47,393 nt of DNA from an uncultured Candidatus Bathyarchaeia archaeon. Lineage in GTDB: Archaea > Thermoproteota > Bathyarchaeia > TCS64. Under the pieces are notes generated by a model. The model made no database searches and was not told the DNA's origin. It saw only the letters and a program-made list of their open reading frames with translations. The stretch spans positions 1-47,393 of the forward strand of contig CAZAKG010000001.1 of the NCBI GenBank assembly GCA_964485755.1, given 5' to 3'. Positions 25,796 to 33,514 of this stretch are shown here, piece after piece (within the stretch, counting starts at the first letter, position 1; each line of letters opens with the position of its first letter). A program made the translations under genes and the position numbers.

Positions 25796-26080
25796 GTGGC
25801 CAAGTACATCCTGTTATCCACGCTGACACCCGAGGGACAGAAGACCCTGAAGGAGAAGCCTGAGCGCATCAGGGAGGTCAACAAGGAGATAGAGGCCTAC
25901 GGCGTCAAGGTGCTGGAGCAGTACGCTGTCCTGGGCCCCTACGACTTCGTCAACCTGGTGGAGGCTCCGGACAACGACGCGGTCTTCAAGATGAGCGTAG
26001 ATCTGGGGAGCAGGGGCACCATAAAGATTCTGAGTATGCCGGCTGTGCCCATCGACAAGCTGATAAAGTCCCTCAAGTAG
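25796..26080 (+). CDS. GYD-domain protein
   Basis: 94 aa. KYILLSTLTPEG...VLGPYDFVNLVEAPD matches the GYD family pattern. GTG start. Confidence 0.75.
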   Translation: MAKYILLSTLTPEGQKTLKEKPERIREVNKEIEAYGVKVLEQYAVLGPYDFVNLVEAPDNDAVFKMSVDLGSRGTIKILSMPAVPIDKLIKSLK

Positions 26081-26085
26081 CCCCC

Positions 26086-26092
26086 TTTTTTT
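26086..26092 (+). terminator. oligo-T terminator after the GYD gene
   Basis: CCCCC followed by a run of seven T begins 3 nt after the stop codon, a typical archaeal intrinsic termination signal. Confidence 0.5.
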
Positions 26093-26194
26093 CTCCGCTA
26101 CGAATTGCATAATGAAGATGCTCGGCTCACGTTTTCCCGAGGCGGGAGCCAATTGGACCATGTATAATGATCGAGGCTGGACCTGCGGAACGGG

Positions 26195-27133
26195 TCACCT
26201 CTTGGAGAAGAACCGCCTCTGGTAGCTGCCCTCGTCCAGGACACCCAGGCGCTCCATGGTCAGCCTCAGGGCCTTGGCGTTGCCCTCGCTCAGCTCCAGC
26301 AGGGGCCTCCTGGGCCTGCCAACGTCGGCGCCCACCATGTTGAGGGCTGCCTTCAGGGGCACAGGGTTGGACTCACTGTACATCATCCTGATGAGGGGCA
26401 GCAGCCTGTACAGGTGTTCCCTGGTGGTTAGCACGTCCTTGTAGTTCTCCCACGGCTTGGATAGTTCGGCGAACTCCCTGGGGCAGAGGCAGCCCGTGAC
26501 GTTGCTTGTGCCCTTGCCGCCGGACGCCATCACAACGGGTATGAGGGCGTAGAACGCGCAGTCGCAGCAGAGCACGTTGAACTCGCCCCGGGTCAGCTCG
26601 ATCATCCTCATTACGCCGTACGGGTTGGGGCCCGCCTCCTTGACTGCCACTATGTTGGGGTGCTGGGCCAGCCTGGCCACTGTCTCGGGCTCCACGTTGA
26701 CCCCGCACCTCTCAGGGTTGTTGTAAATGACCAGCGGCAGGTCCACGGCGTCCGCCACGTCCTTGAAGTAGTTGTAGAGCCCCGCCTGGGTGGGCTTGAT
26801 GTAGGGCGGCTGCACTATTAGGCCGCAGTCGGCGCCCGCCTCCTTGGCGTACCTTGCGTTCTCTATTGTCTGACGCGTGGACACGGCCGCGACACCCACC
26901 ATGACGGGTATCTTGCCGCCGGCCTCATCTATCACCGCGTCGATGACCCTGTTCCGCTCCTCCGCCGTCAACAGTATGGCCTCCCCGGTGGAGCCCATGA
27001 GCAGGACGCCGTCGCTCCTGTTATCCACGTGGAACTGGACGAGCCGCCTCAGGGACTCCACGTTCACCTGGTCGCCGTCTGTGAACGGGGTGACCAGTGC
27101 AGGCCAGCTGCCCACGACGTTGAACCGCTTCAT
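26195..27133 (-). CDS. dapA: dihydrodipicolinate synthase-family lyase (4-hydroxy-tetrahydrodipicolinate synthase-like)
   Basis: 312 aa. Motifs are ALVTPF, LLMGSTGEA, YNNP and the Schiff-base Lys context IVAVKEAG. The family call is safe. The exact substrate (DapA versus another class I aldolase) is not. Confidence 0.75.
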   Translation of the reverse strand: MKRFNVVGSWPALVTPFTDGDQVNVESLRRLVQFHVDNRSDGVLLMGSTGEAILLTAEERNRVIDAVIDEAGGKIPVMVGVAAVSTRQTIENARYAKEAGADCGLIVQPPYIKPTQAGLYNYFKDVADAVDLPLVIYNNPERCGVNVEPETVARLAQHPNIVAVKEAGPNPYGVMRMIELTRGEFNVLCCDCAFYALIPVVMASGGKGTSNVTGCLCPREFAELSKPWENYKDVLTTREHLYRLLPLIRMMYSESNPVPLKAALNMVGADVGRPRRPLLELSEGNAKALRLTMERLGVLDEGSYQRRFFSKR

Positions 27134-27217
27134 ACATAATGGGTGGCTTCAACTGCTGATAAACGGATCGAGTCTGACTCAATACGTTCATATGGCGTGG
27201 CTGCGCCTCTCAAAGGC

Positions 27218-27763
27218 ATGAAGGTACTGGGAATTGTTGGTGGGCCGAGGAGGACGGGTAACACGGCCAGGCTCGTCGAGGAGGTCCTGGCTGGGGCCCG
27301 GGACGCGGGCCACGAGGCCAGCGTGTTCTACCTGGGCGAGATGGAGCTGGGGCCCCTGGGACACGACGGCGAGGGCTACGTGTACCCGGAGGACGGCTTC
27401 GCGTCCATGATGCCTCACCTGGAGACAATGGGGGCCATCGTCGTGGGCACGCCCATCTACTACGACCACGTGAGCAGCCTCACCAAGCTCTTCATAGACC
27501 GCCTCTACTACTACAGCAAGAGCCACGGCGACGAGTACAGGAGGCGTTTCCCGGACGGCGTCAAGTGCGTCAACGTCATAACCTGCGGCTGGGACAACCC
27601 CAACGCGTACGACGAGGTCCTTGAGTGGATGGACGGCCGGATGAGGAACTACTGGAGGATGAAGGTCCTGGACGGCCTCAAGGCTACCGGCACGGGCAAC
27701 AGGCCCGTGGCCGAGAACAGGGAGCTTCTGAGGAGGGCCCGCGAGCTTGGCCGGGGCCTCTAG
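27218..27763 (+). CDS. flavodoxin-fold NAD(P)H-dependent FMN reductase-like protein
   Basis: The track ORF starts at 27143. I prefer the ATG at 27218 (MKVLGIVGGPRRTGNTARL), which begins at the conserved first strand and P-loop-like FMN motif. GTPIYYDHVSS follows later. It lacks the Isf Cys cluster. Confidence 0.75.
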   Translation: MKVLGIVGGPRRTGNTARLVEEVLAGARDAGHEASVFYLGEMELGPLGHDGEGYVYPEDGFASMMPHLETMGAIVVGTPIYYDHVSSLTKLFIDRLYYYSKSHGDEYRRRFPDGVKCVNVITCGWDNPNAYDEVLEWMDGRMRNYWRMKVLDGLKATGTGNRPVAENRELLRRARELGRGL

Positions 27764-28155
27764 GGCTCCGCCTTCAGGCTAAGGTTTATCGCCGGGCTGC
27801 CTCGAAGGGTGTTGCCCACGTAGCACTTGTGGGCGTCCGCCATGAGGTCCTTCCTCTGCTTCTCGGTGAGGTCGGCCTGGACGTTCATGGTGACTGTGAA
27901 GGCGCCGCACCTCCTCGGGTTCTCGGCGTTGGCCTGCTCCACCGTGAGCTCGATTCCCCGGTACGGGATGCCGTGGCGGCCAAGGTAGCCTGCGACGTGC
28001 ATGCCCGTGCAGAGGCCGAGGGACGCCGCCATGAGCCTCCCAGGGCTCATACCCTCCGCCGGCGCCTCAGGCGCCACCCTGCCGCTGATGACCTCCAGCC
28101 TCTCAGACTCGGCCTTGAACTTACCTCCCTCGACCTGTGTGACCTTGACTGACAT
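27760..28155 (-). CDS. OsmC/Ohr-family peroxiredoxin-like protein
   Basis: 131 aa with the two conserved Cys contexts SLGLCTGMH and AHKCYV. It overlaps the convergent gene by 4 nt. Confidence 0.8.
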   Translation of the reverse strand: MSVKVTQVEGGKFKAESERLEVISGRVAPEAPAEGMSPGRLMAASLGLCTGMHVAGYLGRHGIPYRGIELTVEQANAENPRRCGAFTVTMNVQADLTEKQRKDLMADAHKCYVGNTLRGSPAINLSLKAEP

Positions 28156-28188
28156 TTCACCTTCAGCTTGCGCCGGAGATTATAGGGG

Positions 28189-29238
28189 TTACGGGCGGAT
28201 CGTTATGGTGCCTACCATGGGGGGCGTCGTGTACCTCTCGGCGCTGAGGGCCCCGCCCTTGATGTAGGTCACCTGAGTCCAGGCGCTCATGGTGGGTGCC
28301 GCGGAATCCGCTGTCTTGACCACATAGTGGTGGCGGGCCTCCAAGGGCGCCGAGGCGTCGTCTGATCCCTCGGAGGCCTCGTACTTGACGGCGTAGAGGT
28401 TCCTCGCGTAGTCGCTGTTGTCGGTCCACGTGGTGCCCTGGTCCCTGCCCCAGAGCCACGGCAGTAGGCTGCTCCACCTGAAGGTCATTATCCGCAGGAG
28501 GAAGGTGAAGAGGCCCCTTGGCTCCGGGTTCGTGGTTTCGGAGTCGTAGCTGGTGAGCTCCACGTTAGCCCCAGGCTGGCCCCCGTCCATGGTGTACGTC
28601 AACTGGCTCCACCTCCACCCGGATGCGCCCGTGTGGGCGCCAGGTGTCAGGGTCTGGGTCACCGTCACGTCGTACCAGTCGTATTCGGCCGAGGAGTCCG
28701 CCACGCGCACCACCTCTGTCCTGGACGTCAGTATTCCTAGGGGTAGGCGCCGATCCACCTCTGTGACGGCCCCTATCAGCGAGTAAAGCTGCCCCTGGGC
28801 TCCCGTGGGCGCCTCTAGAGGCTCGCCGGTCCACGCGATGGCTGCCTCCAGGTTGATCTGGTCGTAGTTGGCGTCCCTGACGACTAGGACGCTCACGGGG
28901 GCCTCCGCGTCTCCGCCCTGGCGCCACACGCCGACGACGATGGGGGCTTCTCCGCCCGTCAAGGCGATCCGAGGCTCGGCGATCTCAAGCAGGAGCTCCG
29001 CGCCCTCCCCGTAGAACACGACGGGGATGCCCGCCCCGAGGGACTGTAGGGCCTCCTGGGTCTTCGCCTCCGAGTAGGCGTCCATGTTGTAGAACCTGGC
29101 CGTGACGCGTCCAGCTGGGTCTACCAGCATGAAGTCCGTGCTCTCGGTGGTGTTCAACCGGCCCGACGTGGGTGGGGATAGGGCGGCCAGGGCCGCTACC
29201 GCTATGAGTATGGCCGCGGTGCCTCCTGCGGCTCTCAA
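28189..29238 (-). CDS. hypothetical secreted protein
   Basis: 349 aa with an N-terminal signal-like segment (AAILIAVAALAALSPP) and a beta-rich body. No family recognised. Confidence 0.6.
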   Translation of the reverse strand: MRAAGGTAAILIAVAALAALSPPTSGRLNTTESTDFMLVDPAGRVTARFYNMDAYSEAKTQEALQSLGAGIPVVFYGEGAELLLEIAEPRIALTGGEAPIVVGVWRQGGDAEAPVSVLVVRDANYDQINLEAAIAWTGEPLEAPTGAQGQLYSLIGAVTEVDRRLPLGILTSRTEVVRVADSSAEYDWYDVTVTQTLTPGAHTGASGWRWSQLTYTMDGGQPGANVELTSYDSETTNPEPRGLFTFLLRIMTFRWSSLLPWLWGRDQGTTWTDNSDYARNLYAVKYEASEGSDDASAPLEARHHYVVKTADSAAPTMSAWTQVTYIKGGALSAERYTTPPMVGTITIRP

Positions 29239-29292
29239 CTGTCAGCGTCTCCCAGGCGGGTCACCCATGCTATAGGTGGCTCCCTTAGACAA

Positions 29293-29302
29293 AAATTTAT
29301 TT
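29293..29302 (+). promoter_or_regulatory. TATA-box-like element for tRNA-Thr(UGU)
   Basis: AAATTTATTT lies 29-38 nt upstream of tRNA position 1 (29331). Confidence 0.4.
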
Positions 29303-29330
29303 GACCTCTCTGCTCTATGTGGGTGCACGT

Positions 29331-29405
29331 GCCTTGGTAGCTCAGGGGTAGAGCGGCAGCCTTGTAAGCTGTTGGCCGCGGGTTCGAATCCCGCCCGAGG
29401 CTCCA
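29331..29405 (+). tRNA. tRNA-Thr (anticodon TGT), CCA encoded
   Basis: The acceptor is GCCTTGG/CCGAGGC and the D arm is GCTC-AGGGGTA-GAGC. The anticodon stem is GCAGC/GCTGT and the loop CTTGTAA gives TGT. The T arm is GCGGG-TTCGAAT-CCCGC, with discriminator T followed by CCA. Confidence 0.9.
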
Positions 29406-29408
29406 CCA

Positions 29409-29777
29409 TTACTTCTTCTGGGCCTTCTTGGAGCCGTTCCTCTTCTGCGTCTTCTTGGCGGGGCTCCTCCGCGTCCTCTTCTTGGGCTGCTCCTCCTCGC
29501 CCTCGTGCTGCTTCCTGAGGTGCTGCTTCATGCCCACCTCCGTGTTGAAGGTCTTCCCGCAGACGGGGCACGGGACTGCTACGGCGCCCAGCTCAACGTT
29601 CTTGCCCAGCAGCTCCTTCTGGAGCCTCTTGATGAGCCGCTCCCCCTCGCTGTAGGTGAGCTTCTCGGTCTTGACCAGGATGCCTAGGGTGAGGTTGAAG
29701 TTGAGGAACTCGGCCTCGTCCCTCTCCAGGCCGACGTGGCTCACCACGCCCTGAAATTTCTCGTCCTCTGTCGCCAT
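29409..29777 (-). CDS. classical C2H2 zinc-finger protein with a Lys/Arg-rich C-terminal tail
   Basis: 122 aa. CPVCGKTFNTEVGMKQHLRKQH is an exact C-x2-C-x12-H-x4-H finger. The tail reads EEQPKKRTRRSPAKKTQKRNGSKKAQKK. The stop codon lies 3 nt from the tRNA-Thr 3' end (convergent). Confidence 0.75.
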   Translation of the reverse strand: MATEDEKFQGVVSHVGLERDEAEFLNFNLTLGILVKTEKLTYSEGERLIKRLQKELLGKNVELGAVAVPCPVCGKTFNTEVGMKQHLRKQHEGEEEQPKKRTRRSPAKKTQKRNGSKKAQKK

Positions 29778-30036
29778 GTTTTCACCTTGAGCGGGGTTTC
29801 ACCACATATGGGGGCGTGATGTTATAAAATTATATCTCTTCGGTGAATCATCCGATTATGCGTAATGTGCATGTTGTTTCGCTGGATTGTCCATTTATTA
29901 TAAGATGGTTGCCTTCGGTAGCCGCCTTATAGCTCGGAGGGATGAGTGCGCCGGCTCATCGAGGGCAACCTGAAGCCGGGTCCGTATGCTACACCTTCAC
30001 CCCCTTTTATATACGCCCACGGCCCAAACTTCAGAC

Positions 30037-31518
30037 ATGGAAGTAGTTCTGCAGAAGATGAAGCCCCAGGAGGCGCGGCTGCCCCTCCTCATCATCGGCC
30101 TCACGGAGGAGGTCAAGGGCGACCCCAGCGAGATGATGCTCACGGGGCCTCTCGCCAGGCTGGCCGAGAGCGTCATGGAGCTGGGGGACTTCAAGGGGGC
30201 CAAGGGCGAGACTGCCCTGGTTTACTCCATCGGGAAGGGGAGCGCCGAGCGCGTCCTGTACGTGGGCTTCGGCAAGAAGACGGAGCTCACTGCCGAGAGG
30301 GTCAGGGAGACCCTGGGCGAGGCCGCCAGGAGGGCCAGGGACCTGGGCGTGGAGGCCGTGGGCGTCAGCTTGACCCACCTTCAGCGGGGGGGCCTGAGCC
30401 CCGACGACGCGGCTGAGGCGGCCGTGGAGTCCTTCATCATGGGCGGGTTCCGGGACCCTTACCAAAAGACGCAGGGCCTGGACAAGTTCAAGCAGGTGAA
30501 GGAGCTTCACCTGCTCAGCCCCTACTCGGACGAGGAGCTTGAGAACGGCGCGTACCAGGGGAAGGTGCTGGGCGAGGCCGTGAACATGTGCCGCAGGCTC
30601 TCATGGGGGCCAGCCAACCACGTGACGCCGGGCAGGCTGGCCGAGGAGGCGCTGGGGCTCCGGGAGCTCGGCGTCAAGGTTGAGGTGATGGAGAGGGAGG
30701 ACGCCGAGAGGGTCGGCCTCAAGAGCTTCCTGGCGGTGGCGCGGGGCACGGGTGAGCCCCCAAAGTTCATCATAATGGAGTACGGTGACCCCGGGAAGGA
30801 CACCGTGGCGCTCATCGGTAAGGCGATCACATTCGACACGGGGGGAATCAGCCTGAAGGCCAGGGAAGGCATGGAGCTCATGAAGACCGACATGACTGGG
30901 GGCGCAGCAGTCATCTCCGTCATGAAGGCCGTGGCCCAGCTGAAGTTGCCTCTGCACGTGGTGGGGCTGGTGCCTGCTACGGACAACATGCCTGGCGGTA
31001 AGGCGTACCACCCGGGCGACGTGGTGGACACGTACGCTGGGATCACGGTGGAGGTGATCAGCACGGACGCGGAGGGCAGGATGATACTGAACGACGCCCT
31101 GGCCTACGCCGCCAGGAACTATAAGCCCAAGGCCATGTTCGACTTCGCCACCCTCACCGGCGCCATGCAGGTGGCCCTGGGCGAACACGCCATCGGCTAC
31201 TTCGCCAACGACGACGCCGTGGCTGAACGGATACAGGCGGCGAGCCACACCAGCGGAGAGATGGTGTGGAGGATGCCCCTGTGGGACATCTACGACGAGC
31301 AGCTGAAGAGCGACGTGGCCGACTGGAAGCACACGGGCGGGAGCCCGGGCGGAGCCATAACGGCGGCCAGGTTCCTCAGCAAGTTCGTCGGCGACACCCC
31401 GTGGGCCCACTTCGACATAGCGGGTCTCATGGAGCAGAAGACCGACAAGGGCTACAACCCCAAGGGAAGCAAGGGGCCTGCCGTGCGTCTGATACTGGAC
31501 GTGCTGCGCAACTGGTAG
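30037..31518 (+). CDS. pepA: leucyl aminopeptidase (M17 family)
   Basis: The track ORF starts at 29986. I prefer the ATG at 30037 (MEVVLQKM...). M17 motifs are ITFDTGGISLK, DMTGGA and STDAEGRMILNDAL. Confidence 0.9.
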   Translation: MEVVLQKMKPQEARLPLLIIGLTEEVKGDPSEMMLTGPLARLAESVMELGDFKGAKGETALVYSIGKGSAERVLYVGFGKKTELTAERVRETLGEAARRARDLGVEAVGVSLTHLQRGGLSPDDAAEAAVESFIMGGFRDPYQKTQGLDKFKQVKELHLLSPYSDEELENGAYQGKVLGEAVNMCRRLSWGPANHVTPGRLAEEALGLRELGVKVEVMEREDAERVGLKSFLAVARGTGEPPKFIIMEYGDPGKDTVALIGKAITFDTGGISLKAREGMELMKTDMTGGAAVISVMKAVAQLKLPLHVVGLVPATDNMPGGKAYHPGDVVDTYAGITVEVISTDAEGRMILNDALAYAARNYKPKAMFDFATLTGAMQVALGEHAIGYFANDDAVAERIQAASHTSGEMVWRMPLWDIYDEQLKSDVADWKHTGGSPGGAITAARFLSKFVGDTPWAHFDIAGLMEQKTDKGYNPKGSKGPAVRLILDVLRNW

Positions 31519-31531
31519 CCCCCCTGAAACC

Positions 31532-31538
31532 TTTTTTT
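31532..31538 (+). terminator. oligo-T terminator after pepA
   Basis: A run of seven T begins 14 nt after the TAG stop. Confidence 0.5.
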
Positions 31539-31554
31539 ACGTGTTAGAGGCTTT

Positions 31555-32073
31555 TCACAGGGGCCTCACTGCGGCAACAAGTAAGGGCATCGCCAGACCC
31601 AAGAAAGTCGCCGCAGCGAATATGTACAGAAGCACCTGTTTCAGGGGGCTGGCCAGGAAGCCTGAGTCTTCATGGTCCACCCGGTATATTGGGAGGACGA
31701 ACAACCTGAAGAAGAGGATGGGAGCAGCAAAGAACACGATCAGCAAGACCGGTATGATTATAGCGACCTGCCGGGCCACACCTGACAGCAGCGGGCCCAT
31801 CCCGTAGGATACATCCATGAAGAAGAAGACGAACAGCATGGAGACGAACGTGGCGTAGAACCAGCCGAGCGTCTTCAGGGCGAGCCTGGCGTCCACAGAC
31901 CTGATGAAGTAGCCCATGAACCAGATTGCGTACAGTGCCAGCAACGGGATGATGAAGCCGCTGGCTACGACCTTCTTAGCCTCGGCGGTCTCAGGCAGAT
32001 CGATGAGGAACCCGCTTATCGTGGTGAGGATCAGGATGATCCAGTTGAAGGCGTCATCTATCTCCTTGCTCAT
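31555..32073 (-). CDS. hypothetical polytopic membrane protein
   Basis: 172 aa with five hydrophobic helices. No family recognised. Confidence 0.6.
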   Translation of the reverse strand: MSKEIDDAFNWIILILTTISGFLIDLPETAEAKKVVASGFIIPLLALYAIWFMGYFIRSVDARLALKTLGWFYATFVSMLFVFFFMDVSYGMGPLLSGVARQVAIIIPVLLIVFFAAPILFFRLFVLPIYRVDHEDSGFLASPLKQVLLYIFAAATFLGLAMPLLVAAVRPL

Positions 32074-32203
32074 GTGCCCTCAAATGAGAGGGTTGACGGA
32101 CATTATTTATCTATCTGTTACTATGAGGCAAAGTTAATTATCCGACCAGAAAATAGGCCAGTTCTACTCGGTCATAATCATAAAAAAGGGGGTTAATCGC
32201 TCT

Positions 32204-33085
32204 CTAAGGTGCCCCTGTTGATCTTATCGCCAGGTGGTGCATGAACCAATTGTTCAGCATATACGTGTCGCACGACATGTCGTTCGTCCAAAAGTAGTTG
32301 TAGTCATGTATCCCGAAGGCGATGAGCAGCCACTGGTTCGCCGCGTAGCTTTGCGTCGAGAAGAGGTGCGAGTACCTGAAGTCGCCGGGGTAGGCGTTGG
32401 CTACTCTGCCCGACCAGCAGCAATCGCACTCGCCCATGTGGAAGTCCAGGAGGGTGCCGTATCGGCGTCCCCCGGCCGGATAAAACACTTCCATGTAGGG
32501 CTTGCTGCGCTGGTACACATCGATGTCTGACCAGCCCCACTCGTCATCCATGCACCCGCCGTACCGGCTGTCGATGCATTGCAAGTAGAGCCAAGCCTCC
32601 ACCATGCCAGCCGCCGGCATCCTATACCAGACCCAGACCTCACTCATACCGTTCGTGTATCCGTAGTCCGAGTCGTCGGACCCGTAGAGCCACATCTGGT
32701 TCTGGTTGCCTATCTGGCCCGTGTATCTGTTCTCGTAGTGTGACACCCACCTTCCGCCTCTAGTCCCGTACGACCACTGGGTGCCCCACTCGTCCACGTA
32801 TGGCGGGTACATCCAGGCCCAGGGGTTGTGGGTCTCCTTGGGCGTCTCCTTGGGGTCCAGTATCACGTAGGGGGCCTCCTCCTTGGGCTCCAGCTGCTGC
32901 CTGAGGGCCTCGCCCGACCGCTTAATGTAGTCCTTCTGGATGCCCTCGACCTTCTTCAAGTCCACGCCAAGGGTGGCTACGTACTCCTGCGACTTCTTGA
33001 CCAGTCCTCTCCTGAACTCCTTCTCCTGCCGTAGGCCGTCGGTAGTCGCCCTGTACTTCGTCGGTATGTCCGCGATGCTCTTCAT
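32204..33085 (-). CDS. hypothetical Trp/Tyr/Cys-rich protein with a charged helical N-terminus
   Basis: 293 aa with no signal peptide or TM helix. The first 85 aa or so are Lys/Glu-rich and helical. The rest is strikingly aromatic (WAWMYPPYVDEWGTQWSYG, EVWVWYRM, DDEWGWSD) and includes a CDCCW cluster. No family recognised. Confidence 0.6.
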   Translation of the reverse strand: MKSIADIPTKYRATTDGLRQEKEFRRGLVKKSQEYVATLGVDLKKVEGIQKDYIKRSGEALRQQLEPKEEAPYVILDPKETPKETHNPWAWMYPPYVDEWGTQWSYGTRGGRWVSHYENRYTGQIGNQNQMWLYGSDDSDYGYTNGMSEVWVWYRMPAAGMVEAWLYLQCIDSRYGGCMDDEWGWSDIDVYQRSKPYMEVFYPAGGRRYGTLLDFHMGECDCCWSGRVANAYPGDFRYSHLFSTQSYAANQWLLIAFGIHDYNYFWTNDMSCDTYMLNNWFMHHLAIRSTGAP

Positions 33086-33341
33086 GGTCTCGTTGTGGCG
33101 GCTGGTGTATGCTCTGAGCTGCGTCTTCGCGATGAGGCCCTAGATGTCCTTCACGCAGCCTTCACTCAGCTGGTTGAGTGTGGTGGTCAGGGTCCTGTTG
33201 GCTGCCTGGATGGTTCTCTGTCTCTCGATGGATGCGTCGGCTGCTTGTAGTCTCTCTTTTATGGGAACCTCGTCCGTTGTCAAAACGCTCACCAACGATG
33301 AGCCTAATGAAGACTCGGGAAGCTGTGACCTAAACCAAGTG

Positions 33342-33449
33342 TAACAGGTTACAGGCGTCGGGTTAGACGGGGGAACAAAAAGGTGCGCAGCGGGGCCCCT
33401 GAGATGGGTGGCTAATTCACGTAGGCTCTGTGACGCCGTAACCTGTTAT
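33342..33449. repeat. 108-bp unit bounded by 17/18-nt inverted repeats (MITE-like or structured-RNA stem)
   Basis: TAACAGGTTACAGGCGTC (33342-33359) pairs with GACGCCGTAACCTGTTA (33432-33448), with one bulged A. The interior contains the self-complementary GGGGCCCC. If the arms are read from ACAGG, TA dinucleotides flank both ends. It is followed by a T7 run (33472-33478). Confidence 0.6.
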
Positions 33450-33514
33450 TCCGTGGCCGGATCGAAGCCCCTTTTTTTATAGTGATCCCGCCCTATCCGT
33501 TAACTAGATGTTCA

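Noticed and set aside
33140-33142. Pyrrolysine read-through of the in-frame TAG upstream of the 293-aa ORF.
   Set aside because: TAG is used as the ordinary stop codon of many confident genes in this window (for example those ending at 2375, 3584, 4105, 6318, 12683, 14622 and 14661). There is therefore no sign of TAG avoidance or recoding, and no pyl genes are visible.
33144-33344. The 66-aa ATG-initiated ORF (+) with a hydrophobic N-terminus, opposite the coiled-coil leader frame.
   Set aside because: It is not clearly wrong, but it is unsupported. It has no promoter-like A/T box upstream, because it begins inside the 5' region of the convergent-frame ORF. The minus-strand frame is continuous with the downstream gene. 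I leave it unresolved and do not annotate it.
33360-33450. A TPP (THI-box) riboswitch, suggested by GGTGC ... CTGAGA inside the inverted-repeat unit and by thiL being in the window.
   Set aside because: The conserved ACCTGATCTGGATAATGCCAGCG-type pyrimidine-sensor helix is absent. The unit is not upstream of a thiamine gene, since thiL is 12 kb away.
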